In this document: piece after piece, positions 28,509 to 36,847 of the stretch | Position numbering within the stretch: position 1 is the first letter of the stretch | Layout of the letters: every line of letters begins with the position of its first letter | IMG/VR virus record: IMGVR_UViG_3300048833_000402 | Span: 1-60,351 of that record | Direction: 5' to 3' (one strand) | From: a virus | Taxonomy: Duplodnaviria > Caudoviricetes | Length of the DNA stretch: 60,351 nt | Made by a program: the position numbers and the translations under genes | The notes under the pieces: generated by a model | What the model was told of the DNA's origin: nothing | The model's database searches: none | Seen by the model: only the letters and a program-made list of their open reading frames with translations

Positions 28509-30623
28509 TCAATGGGACCGCACTTTGCCGGAGATCCTGATTCTGGGCGTCTCCTCATCGTCGACGTAGCCCTCTTCGCGCGCACGGCCGAGGATTTCGA
28601 CTGCGAGTATGCATTGCCGCTCGGACGGCAAGCGGCGCTCCTGCTGGCTGCAGGCCTTCAGAATACCGTCATCCTTCATCGAGAATGAGCGGCTGGAAGC
28701 GGTCCATTCGCGCAGCCTTCCCCAGAAGGCGCTGCCGAGCAAAATCACCTTTGACTGTGCCTCGATCCCGGAAATCATCGCCTCTTCGCGGCGACCATCA
28801 CGTTCGGCCGCTTTGGCTTCCTGAGGCTCTATAAGGAAGTCCTCAAGTCCGCCATCGTAGTCAACCTCGGTTCGTGCGACAGAAGACCAGCATCCCTGTT
28901 TCTTCGCCCACTCTGAAATGTTGCGGATGCCGCTGTCCGTTGCGGTGATCACGTCGGCCGCGGCCTCGCAGGCGATGAGGAAGCATTGCATCAACGCTTC
29001 CGGAACGGACTGCTCATTCCAGACCCGATCAAGATCCAGAACCTTCCCGCCCTCTTCGACGTCATGGACCAGCTTGGCAATACCGTAGGTTACGATGTTG
29101 GCCCGATAACCGCCCGGGTACCACTCTTGTCGAGGGACAGCCTTCTCGAGGGCACGGAAAATGATCACCTTCGCGATGAGGCGTTTGAACCAGGTCTCGT
29201 CATACTTTCTGTCACTGGCCGCCCACGCTTCTCCAATCTCCGATGCGAAGGCTGCGAAATTCTTCTGCGCCCCTTTGCTCACAGTGTCCGGTTTCATCCG
29301 GAACGAAAGCTCGACCTTGGCAAGATCCGTCTTGGCGAATAGCTGCGCCTTCGGATGTTCGGAGTCGAAACGCTTCCGATCGGCCCCTCCCAGCTTCGCC
29401 TGCTCCACTTGGTACTGTCCCCGCGCCCTTTCATAGAACCATTTGGTCTGCCGGTTCATGCCCGGCGCTGGAGGCGCGGAAACACGGCGCGAGTATCCTT
29501 CCATCCGCATGTGGAATGGGTGGTTCGAGAAGAAATCGGCGGCACTGACCTTGTTTTGGCTGTTCGCATACTTCGAGATGTTCGGCACGACTTGCTCGGA
29601 ACTTTCGGAAGGCACCACCGTCAGTTTGATCTGGACATGGACTCGGTCCAGGTTCTCGGGGCTGTGCTTCAATGCGGCATGCAGCGAAGCGGTCGTCTGG
29701 CCACCGTTGACGATCTGTAGGTTTTTCGCCGAAAGGATGCGGACACCTGCCCCGTCCATCTCGATGTCGACAGCGTCTGCGGTCGCGGACAGCCCATTGT
29801 TGTAGCTGAAGAACATCTCGGGTTCGCCCTTGATGGTGTCCCGGATCCCTTCGTTGACCGATTTGCGGCGCGCCTGAATGAAACTGCGGATGTTCGACTC
29901 CAGCAGTCTCGCGCCCCACTTGTCATAAATGTCAGCCAGCTGTTTGCCACGGATGACAGCCAGATAGGATGGCAGTTGCGACTCCGGACCGGAAGCTCGA
30001 AGGGCTGGAAGGCCTCCGCCGAAGTCTTCGGCAAACTTGACGACGATCTTTTCCTTGGAGCCGGTGGTTTCAACCCTGTGCAGACGGGTCAAATCCCAGA
30101 TGTTGTAGGTCACGGGGATATCGGAAATGCTGCCAGCAACGACGGCATCTGTCCGGGCGCTGTAGATCGCGTTCGTGACAAGGATCAGTTTGATCTTGGT
30201 CACGGATGGCCATGACTCTGCGATCATCGTGGCAACGCCGAATTCAGGTGACTCGATGTGCAATTGGTCCCGAAACTCCCGCCGCCGTGCGGCTGCGACG
30301 AAATTGATCAAGTGGCCAAAGTGCTTTTTGGCGTCGGCTGCGTTCAAAGTCGGCGGCTGTTCGTCGTCGAAGACTTCGCAGACTATGACGCTGAGGATGC
30401 CATCTGTTTCTCTAGGGTCACCCCCATGGCCATCGATCCGAAGGGACTTTCCGGAAGCAGACCCTCGAAAAGCACATCTGTCGGACGTCTCGATCTCGCC
30501 TTCGGCTTCCAGAGTTTCGCATAGCCGTTCGAATGCGACGTCCTCGAGCGGCAGATCAGTTTCCGCACACTCTTCCCTCAGTTCGGCAACTAGGTCTTGG
30601 TTGAATTCGACAAGCTGGTTCAA
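28509..30623 (-). CDS. AIPR-family (abortive infection phage resistance) protein
   Basis: LLESNIRSF, VNEGIRDTI..EPEMFFSYNNGL, QIVNGGQTT, ISKYANSQNKV..ADFFSNHPFH, WFYERARGQY; TTG 30623 with GGAG RBS. Confidence 0.9.
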   Translation of the reverse strand: MNQLVEFNQDLVAELREECAETDLPLEDVAFERLCETLEAEGEIETSDRCAFRGSASGKSLRIDGHGGDPRETDGILSVIVCEVFDDEQPPTLNAADAKKHFGHLINFVAAARRREFRDQLHIESPEFGVATMIAESWPSVTKIKLILVTNAIYSARTDAVVAGSISDIPVTYNIWDLTRLHRVETTGSKEKIVVKFAEDFGGGLPALRASGPESQLPSYLAVIRGKQLADIYDKWGARLLESNIRSFIQARRKSVNEGIRDTIKGEPEMFFSYNNGLSATADAVDIEMDGAGVRILSAKNLQIVNGGQTTASLHAALKHSPENLDRVHVQIKLTVVPSESSEQVVPNISKYANSQNKVSAADFFSNHPFHMRMEGYSRRVSAPPAPGMNRQTKWFYERARGQYQVEQAKLGGADRKRFDSEHPKAQLFAKTDLAKVELSFRMKPDTVSKGAQKNFAAFASEIGEAWAASDRKYDETWFKRLIAKVIIFRALEKAVPRQEWYPGGYRANIVTYGIAKLVHDVEEGGKVLDLDRVWNEQSVPEALMQCFLIACEAAADVITATDSGIRNISEWAKKQGCWSSVARTEVDYDGGLEDFLIEPQEAKAAERDGRREEAMISGIEAQSKVILLGSAFWGRLREWTASSRSFSMKDDGILKACSQQERRLPSERQCILAVEILGRAREEGYVDDEETPRIRISGKVRSH

Positions 30624-30792
30624 ACTGGGCTCCGAAGCGCAAGGCACAGTAAAGGCGGAGGTTCTTCCGCCACACACCACAGTAGCCTACGCGCGGAGGT
30701 CAAGCCGACGCAATGCTGTTTCCCCTTGGAGCCGTGTCCTTCAGATCGTGCTGATCTTGGGTCTTTTCAGGAACGACAGCGCCCCCTCCTCT

Positions 30793-31003
30793 GGTTCCTC
30801 CCTGGCCCTCAAAGTATGCGGGGGGGCGCAGCGCGGCGGTTCGCTAGCGTGAGGCATTTTCACCGGGGAAGCCAGGCGGAAGCCACCTTGCGCCTTGATG
30901 CCGGAATTCGTTTTTCAGATCAGCGGCTTACGGAATCACGATCTGGCCAGGGTGGATTCCCCGCGGGAAGCCACCTCCGGGGAAGCCAGGCGGCCAGAAG
31001 CCA
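30793..31003 (+). other. Lambda-like cos packaging site (cosQ/cosN-like) followed by GAAGCCA repeats (cosB-like)
   Basis: GGTTCCT...TATGCG-GGGGGGCGCAG-CGCGGCGGTTCGCTA...ATTTTCACCGG parallels lambda GGGTCCT...TTACG-GGGCGGCGACCT-CGCGGGTTTTCGCTA...ATTTTCCGG; GAAGCCA at 30868, 30879, 30967, 30982 and 30997. Confidence 0.7.
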
Positions 31004-31081
31004 CCCCATTGAAGCGGTCGGATGGGGCGAGTCGAGCGTGCCCCGGCCGCCCCTTTCGGAAAGCGGCAGGGGCGTGAGGCG

Positions 31082-31702
31082 TCAGGCTCGCCCGGTTTCC
31101 TTGTCCAGCAGGCCCTGCAACATCGCGAGGCGATCCGCGCTGAAGTCGCCCGCCTGCGGCGTCAGCCACCGCATGGCGCGTACGAAGAACTGACGGAAGT
31201 CCTCGCGCTCCTCGCACCAGGCCAGCAGCTTCACCCCCTGCGGCGGATGCACTAGCGCAAGCGGCAGGACCGTCCGCGCGGTTTCGTTCCCCGACAGGTC
31301 GGTGTAGCCGAAGGCCACCGGTTGGCTGGTTCGGATCGCCGCGTGCAGCATGGCGAGGTCGGCGGCGGCCGCCTCCGGCATGTCCTCGGGCCAGTATTGC
31401 GCCGGGCGCACGTCGAGAAGCTGGTAGAGCCTGGCGAGGATCGCACCCTCGGGGTCGGTCTGCGACAGCCGCTCGATGGCGGCATCCGCGGCGGCGGCGG
31501 TGACGGGGTCGCCGCGATGGCCCGCGAGCGCCAGGCCACGCAGGGCCGCGTCACGCAGATCGGGGTCGAGGACCGGCGCCGGGTTCGCCATCGTGCTGGC
31601 CGCAGCGCCATTCCCGAAGCCGATCGCAGCGGCGGCACCGGCAATCCGGGTGCCCAGCGCACGGCGTGTCAGGGTCAGGGGCTTGGTGCGACCGGGTCGC
31701 AT
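31082..31702 (-). CDS. WYL-domain protein lacking an HTH, with a twin-arginine-like leader
   Basis: LHAAIR.SQPVAFGYTD.SG.ET.RTVLPLAL...LLAWCEEREDFRQF; GAGGAGG RBS before ATG 31702. Confidence 0.8.
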   Translation of the reverse strand: MRPGRTKPLTLTRRALGTRIAGAAAAIGFGNGAAASTMANPAPVLDPDLRDAALRGLALAGHRGDPVTAAAADAAIERLSQTDPEGAILARLYQLLDVRPAQYWPEDMPEAAAADLAMLHAAIRTSQPVAFGYTDLSGNETARTVLPLALVHPPQGVKLLAWCEEREDFRQFFVRAMRWLTPQAGDFSADRLAMLQGLLDKETGRA

Positions 31703-31892
31703 GGCGATTCCTCCTCAAGATGGAAAAGGCGATCTTGGTCGCACGGCGCAGCCATTCCGGTCCAGCAATTTGACGCCCCGCGCGCCATTGCCCATCGGCG
31801 TGTTTCACCTTTGCCATTGCTGTCTACCGCGTCTTCCCTGACCCGTTCATTCATTTGGAGGGGAAGATATTGAATCCGCTTCACTTTTCCGG

Positions 31893-31976
31893 TTGACAGA
31901 CCTGCCCCCATTGACCTACCCCTTGATCATCGAAGAATTGCGCCCGGAGGAACCCCCTCGCGGGCGCTCTTCATTT
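31893..31976 (+). promoter_or_regulatory. Putative late promoter followed by a terminator-like hairpin (pR'/tR'-like)
   Basis: TTGACA at 31893; hairpin GCGCCCGGAGG..CCTCGCGGGCGC (31940-31967) then TCTTCATTTT, ahead of the late operon; the -10 element is weak. Confidence 0.4.
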
Positions 31977-32004
31977 TCCTCCCCCATATCCCGAGCCCCG
32001 CCCC

Positions 32005-33267
32005 ATGGACCTCGTCTTCGCGCCGAGCCAGATCGAAACCTGGCCGATTGCCCGGCTGCGCCCCTATGCCCGCAATGCCAAGGTGCATGGCGACGACCAG
32101 GTGGCGAAGATCGCCGCCAGCATGGCCAAGTTCGGCTGGACCGTTCCCTGCATGGTGGCCGACGATGGCGAGTTGATCGCGGGACATGGCCGGGTGCTGG
32201 CTGCGACGATGCTCGGGCTGACCGAAGTGCCGGTGATCCGGCTCAGCCATCTCGACGAGGCGGAGCGCCGCGCCTACCGGATCGCGGACAACAAGCTGAC
32301 GGAACTGGGCGAATGGGACGAAGCCCTGCTGCGCGACGAGATCGCGGGGCTGCTGGCGGAGGATATTGACCTGACCCTGCTCGGCATCAGTGACGATGAC
32401 CTCGACGCGCTGCTGCGGGATCCGGAGGCGCTGGGCGGAGATGGCCCGGTCGAGGGCGAAGACGATGTGCCCGAGTTGCCGGTCACACCGGTGTCGGTGC
32501 CGGGCGATCTGTGGCAGCTGGGTTCCCACCGGCTGATCTGCGGCGACAGCACATCCGCCGATGTCGTCGGGCACCTGCTCGGCGATGTGCGCCCGCTCCT
32601 GATGGTGACCGACCCGCCTTACGGGGTCGAATACGATCCCTCCTGGCGGAACCAGGCTGGGGCAGCGAAGACCAAGCGCACCGGCAAGGTGCTGAACGAC
32701 GACCGTGCCGATTGGCGCGAGGCTTGGGCCCTGTTCCCCGGCGATGTCGCCTATGTCTGGCACGGTGCCCTGCACGCGGGGACGGTGGCCGACGGCCTGC
32801 TCGCCGCGGGTTTCGCCATCCGGTCGCAGATCATCTGGGCCAAGGATCGGCTGGTCCTCAGCCGCGGCGACTATCACTGGCAGCACGAACCCTGCTGGTA
32901 CGCGGTGCGCGCCAAGGGCAAGGGCCACTGGGCGGGCGACCGCAAGCAGACGACGCTGTGGCAGATCGCCAACCGGGATCAGGACGCCGACACAGTCCAC
33001 GGCACCCAGAAGCCGGTCGAATGCATGCGGCGGCCGATCCTGAACAACTCAAGCCCCGGTCAGGCGGTCTACGAGCCCTTCATGGGATCCGGCACGACGT
33101 TGATCGCGGCGGAGACGACGGGGCGGGTCTGCTTCGGGGTCGAGTTGAACCCGACCTATGTCGACGTCGCCATCGAACGTTGGCAGTCGTTCACCGGCGA
33201 AGAGGCCCTGCTGGCGGAAACTGGTGAGACCTTCGCCGCCCTGAAAGCCAAGCGGCTGGCAGCATGA
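32005..33267 (+). CDS. ParB-like domain + beta-class amino-methyltransferase (DPPY, probably m6A)
   Basis: LRPYARNA..H...IAGHGRV..YRIADNKL; VTDPPY; HGTQKPV; YEPFMGSGTT. Confidence 0.88.
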   Translation: MDLVFAPSQIETWPIARLRPYARNAKVHGDDQVAKIAASMAKFGWTVPCMVADDGELIAGHGRVLAATMLGLTEVPVIRLSHLDEAERRAYRIADNKLTELGEWDEALLRDEIAGLLAEDIDLTLLGISDDDLDALLRDPEALGGDGPVEGEDDVPELPVTPVSVPGDLWQLGSHRLICGDSTSADVVGHLLGDVRPLLMVTDPPYGVEYDPSWRNQAGAAKTKRTGKVLNDDRADWREAWALFPGDVAYVWHGALHAGTVADGLLAAGFAIRSQIIWAKDRLVLSRGDYHWQHEPCWYAVRAKGKGHWAGDRKQTTLWQIANRDQDADTVHGTQKPVECMRRPILNNSSPGQAVYEPFMGSGTTLIAAETTGRVCFGVELNPTYVDVAIERWQSFTGEEALLAETGETFAALKAKRLAA

Positions 33268-34592
33268 ACGCGCCCCTCCTGCCCGGCCGGATTGAACACT
33301 GGCCCCTCGCCCGCCTCCGCCCCTACGCCCGCAACGCCAAGACCCATGACGCCGACCAGGTAGCGAAGATCGCCGCCAGCATGGCCGAGTTCGGCTGGAC
33401 CGTTCCCTGCCTCGTCGCGGGTGACGGCGAACTGATCGCGGGTCACGGCCGCGTCCTGGCCGCAGCCCAGCTCGGGCTGGCGGAGGCGCCCGTGATCGTG
33501 CTGGGCCATCTGACCGAGGCGCAGCGCCGGGCCTACCGCATCGCCGACAACAAGCTGACCGAACTCGGCGGGTGGAACGAGGCGCTGCTGCTCGAGGAAC
33601 TGCGGGACCTGATGGCCGAGGATTTCGACCTCGGGCTGATCGGGATCCCCGACGACGAGCTGGACGCCCTGCTGCACGATGCCGACAACCGTGCGCCCAT
33701 CGACGATGACGCCGCCGACACCATCCCCGAGGCCCCGGCCGAGCCGATCACCCGTCCCGGCGACATCTGGCGGCTCGGGCATCACCGGCTGATCTGCGGC
33801 GATGCGACCGATCCGGCCGTGGTGGCGCGGCTGATGGGTGGGGCGCAGGCTTCACTGATGTTCACCTCGCCGCCCTACGCCCAGCAGCGCGACTATGGTG
33901 CGGCGAAGGAAAAGGTCGGCGATTGGGATGCGCTGATGCAGGGCGTCTTCGCCGCGGCGCCCCTCACCACCGATGCGCAGCTGCTGGTCAACCTCGGCCT
34001 CGTCCATCGCGACGGCGAGTGGATCCCGTATTGGGAAGGCTGGGTTGACTGGATGCGCGCGCAGGGCTGGCGACGCTTCGGCTGGTATGTCTGGGACCAG
34101 GGGCCCGGCCTGCCCGGCGACTGGAACGGCCGCCTGGCCCCGTCGCACGAGTTCATCTTCCACTTCAACCGCCAGCCCCGCAAACCGAACAAGACGGTCG
34201 AGAGCAAGCACGCAGGCGAGACCCTCGGCGGCGGCGGGTTGCGCGGGGCCGACGGCACGGTCCATCGCAAGACCGGTTACGGCAACGCGATCCAGAGCCA
34301 CCGCATCCCGGATAGCGTCTTCCGCATCATGCGCCACAAGGGCGGGCTGGGCGCCGCCGGATCGCACCCGGCTGTCTTCCCGGTGGCACTGGTCGAGGCT
34401 GTGCTGGAGGCCTTCACCGATCCTGGCGACCTGGTGTTCGAACCCTTCTGCGGCTCCGGTACGCAGCTGATCGCCGCGGAACGCACCGGGCGGCGCTGCT
34501 GCGCTGTGGAACTGGACCCGGTCTACTGCGATGTCGCCGTGCGGCGCTGGCAGATGACTACCGGAAGGAGAGCCTACCCCATCGGGGCTTGA
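33264..34592 (+). CDS. ParB-like domain + beta-class amino-methyltransferase (SPPY, probably m4C)
   Basis: Paralogous ParB N-terminus; FTSPPY; HPAVFP; FEPFCGSGT. Confidence 0.88.
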   Translation: MNAPLLPGRIEHWPLARLRPYARNAKTHDADQVAKIAASMAEFGWTVPCLVAGDGELIAGHGRVLAAAQLGLAEAPVIVLGHLTEAQRRAYRIADNKLTELGGWNEALLLEELRDLMAEDFDLGLIGIPDDELDALLHDADNRAPIDDDAADTIPEAPAEPITRPGDIWRLGHHRLICGDATDPAVVARLMGGAQASLMFTSPPYAQQRDYGAAKEKVGDWDALMQGVFAAAPLTTDAQLLVNLGLVHRDGEWIPYWEGWVDWMRAQGWRRFGWYVWDQGPGLPGDWNGRLAPSHEFIFHFNRQPRKPNKTVESKHAGETLGGGGLRGADGTVHRKTGYGNAIQSHRIPDSVFRIMRHKGGLGAAGSHPAVFPVALVEAVLEAFTDPGDLVFEPFCGSGTQLIAAERTGRRCCAVELDPVYCDVAVRRWQMTTGRRAYPIGA

Positions 34593-34660
34593 CAGGAATG
34601 GCCGTATTCTGGTCACTTGCTCATCAATCGCTCGTGAACTTTCTCGTTGATGGAGCAAGT

Positions 34661-35530
34661 ATGTCAAGAAAAATCTTTGGAATGGTTGTAGCGGGTGCGA
34701 TGGCGATTGCAGCTGCGGTCATAGGCATATTACTTCTCTCGAATAAGACTCCAGCCGAGACTGAAATACGATTGGCACTCTCTGATGCTCTGCCAGCTTC
34801 CGCAGAAATCGACGACCTCGCCTACGAGATTTTTCCTTCTGACAGATCAAGTGGCCGCGTAAGTGTAAAGGGCGTTTACTCAATGCCAGCCGATCTGTTC
34901 TCTGATCCGGCACCACCTGCTCGCCTCTTGAATTACCTTTCGAGTAATCACAAGATTTTTGATCGCGAAGTTGAAGAATGGTGGTCACAGAATAAAGATC
35001 TATTTCCTGGGTACAACGGAAGGCTGGCCGAATTTGAACGCCTATATGAGAAGGGCACGCGGCTGCCGTTCAATGGAGAACTTCCATATATTGCTGTCAT
35101 CGATGGAATCAAGATAGATTCCTCACGGCTTGAGTTTGATCGCTTGGATGGATCGCCTCGCCCTCCATTTGGCTACCTCGTTGAAGATGGAAGAATTGAG
35201 GAAATTGCTTCCATGATCGTTGACTGGAGAGGTCGGAAGCTCGAACAGCAAGCGGTCACTGCGACACCAGTTCAGGATTATGTCTGGATTGATGGTGAAG
35301 AGTACAGCCTTGAGGCAGGTAAGACATACCGAGGCAAGATTTCTAGCAATGGTATTGTTTTTCAGCAGCCGGTAGGCCACTGCACGCATGCTCAGAGTGA
35401 GGACGGGAAACTAGAAGCGGAGTACGTTCCAGCAGGTCCTGAGTCGAACCCTTGGCAGAAAACGCGCGTTAGACTTCCAAATGGAGTCGATCAGAACACT
35501 CGCTTCAATATTTGGGTCCAGGTATGCTAA
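34661..35530 (+). CDS. Low-GC moron encoding a membrane-anchored protein of unknown function
   Basis: GGAG RBS; N-terminal MSRKIFGMVVAGAMAIAAAVIGILLL; visibly AT-richer than the flanks. Confidence 0.7.
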   Translation: MSRKIFGMVVAGAMAIAAAVIGILLLSNKTPAETEIRLALSDALPASAEIDDLAYEIFPSDRSSGRVSVKGVYSMPADLFSDPAPPARLLNYLSSNHKIFDREVEEWWSQNKDLFPGYNGRLAEFERLYEKGTRLPFNGELPYIAVIDGIKIDSSRLEFDRLDGSPRPPFGYLVEDGRIEEIASMIVDWRGRKLEQQAVTATPVQDYVWIDGEEYSLEAGKTYRGKISSNGIVFQQPVGHCTHAQSEDGKLEAEYVPAGPESNPWQKTRVRLPNGVDQNTRFNIWVQVC

Positions 35531-35599
35531 AGCTGTACTGAAACAATGGCGCCTGCTTCAGTTGCATGCAGCTGCGTCGGATGAGCAAGATTGAGTTCT

Positions 35600-36205
35600 T
35601 CAGATTTTTTGCGATGTTCGAGGAGTTGACTGGATGCGCTCTTCTTGAATCATTCGGTACACCGTTCCGCTCCCCGCGGCTTTCTCGGCGATGACAGGCA
35701 AGCCCAGTTTCTTCTTCAGGGCGCCAGAGATCGAGCCCCGAACCGTGTGCGCCAGCCATCCGGTGGCCTCGACCATTTCGGCGACCGTCGCGCCCTCGGG
35801 GCGCTGCAGCATGGCGATGATCTGCGCCTGCTTGGTGCCAGCGCGGATGGCGACGGGTTTCGTGGCGGCGGTGTCGTCGGGCGTCTGGTCTGCTGCCTGC
35901 TTCGGCCTCGCCTTCCGCGCGCTGGCAACGGCGCTGGCCGCCAGAGGTTCGATCCCGATGGCCTCCAGACCAGCTTCGGTGGCGATCAGCGTGGTGCCAT
36001 GGCCGTCGCCGGTCTCGCGCCACAGCGGCTCGCCACGGCGCAGGTTGGCCTCGACCTCCTCGAGCCAGCCTCGGGCGATCATCTTGCCGACCACCATCTT
36101 GGCGGCGGCGCCGACCAGCCCCTCGGGCAGCGGCAGGGCGAGGTTCCCCGGCCGGGTCGCGGCGCGAGACAGGATCAGGGACTGGGTATCGGACGGGGTG
36201 GTCAT
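35600..36205 (-). CDS. DUF3489 domain protein
   Basis: RAGTKQAQIIAMLQRPEGATVAEM.EATGWLAHTVRGSISGALKKKLGL. Confidence 0.85.
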   Translation of the reverse strand: MTTPSDTQSLILSRAATRPGNLALPLPEGLVGAAAKMVVGKMIARGWLEEVEANLRRGEPLWRETGDGHGTTLIATEAGLEAIGIEPLAASAVASARKARPKQAADQTPDDTAATKPVAIRAGTKQAQIIAMLQRPEGATVAEMVEATGWLAHTVRGSISGALKKKLGLPVIAEKAAGSGTVYRMIQEERIQSTPRTSQKI

Positions 36206-36291
36206 CGGGGCCTCCGGGCGCTTGGGCGCGCGCCTTCTACGGAGGCAAGCCCCGTCATCGGACGGGGCAGCCGTCGCGCCGTTTGAGCGCG

Positions 36292-36519
36292 TCAGGCGGC
36301 GTGTTCGCCTGCCTTGAAGGCGCTGTCGGTGATCTGGCGCAGCAGGCCCGCGTAGTGCCTCAGCGTCCCGACATGCCCCCAATGGATCTCGTCGGGGTGG
36401 GTTTCGAAGTGGTCATCGCTGAGGGCCTTCAGGCGCTCCAGCATGGTGTCGATCTCGGCCTTGGCGGCGATGAAAGCGTCGAGGGCTTTGTCGTTCGGCG
36501 CGGCTCGGCGGGTGGTCAT
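36292..36519 (-). CDS. Small conserved prophage protein
   Basis: ALDAFIA.KAEID.ML.RL.ALSDDHF...PDEIHWGHVG.L; AAGGA RBS. Confidence 0.7.
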   Translation of the reverse strand: MTTRRAAPNDKALDAFIAAKAEIDTMLERLKALSDDHFETHPDEIHWGHVGTLRHYAGLLRQITDSAFKAGEHAA

Positions 36520-36631
36520 GGCGGTGGCATCCTTCAGTGAGTTGCATCGTTCTGGTGCCAACACCATCGCTCTGTCGGGCGGATGATCGTAGGCAAATCG
36601 GAGCAATATCAGTGCTTTCTGATCATTCCGG

Positions 36632-36847
36632 TCAGATCAGCTGCATCTCGGCCAGCGTGCGGCTGGCGGCGCCCAGCTGGGCGGTGGGCAGTTCGATCTT
36701 CAGGTGCGAAAGGACGTCGGACGCCTCGGCCGGGATCCCGCTCTCTCGCAGCGCCTGCTCGATGACCTCGGCGATGGCGTCCGGGCGGCTCAGGTCGAAA
36801 CCCTCGGGAAGGGCGGAATAGTCGATGCGGATGGTGGTCGTGGTCAT
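36632..36847 (-). CDS. Small hypothetical prophage protein
   Basis: AGGAGG RBS before ATG 36847; 71 aa. Confidence 0.6.
   Translation of the reverse strand: MTTTTIRIDYSALPEGFDLSRPDAIAEVIEQALRESGIPAEASDVLSHLKIELPTAQLGAASRTLAEMQLI

Noticed and set aside
22083-30623. DISARM, canonical Mza or classical EcoRII R-M system
   Set aside because: No DrmA/DrmB/PLD genes, no Z1 or DUF4420-like gene, and no PD-(D/E)XK domain on the EcoRII-N protein
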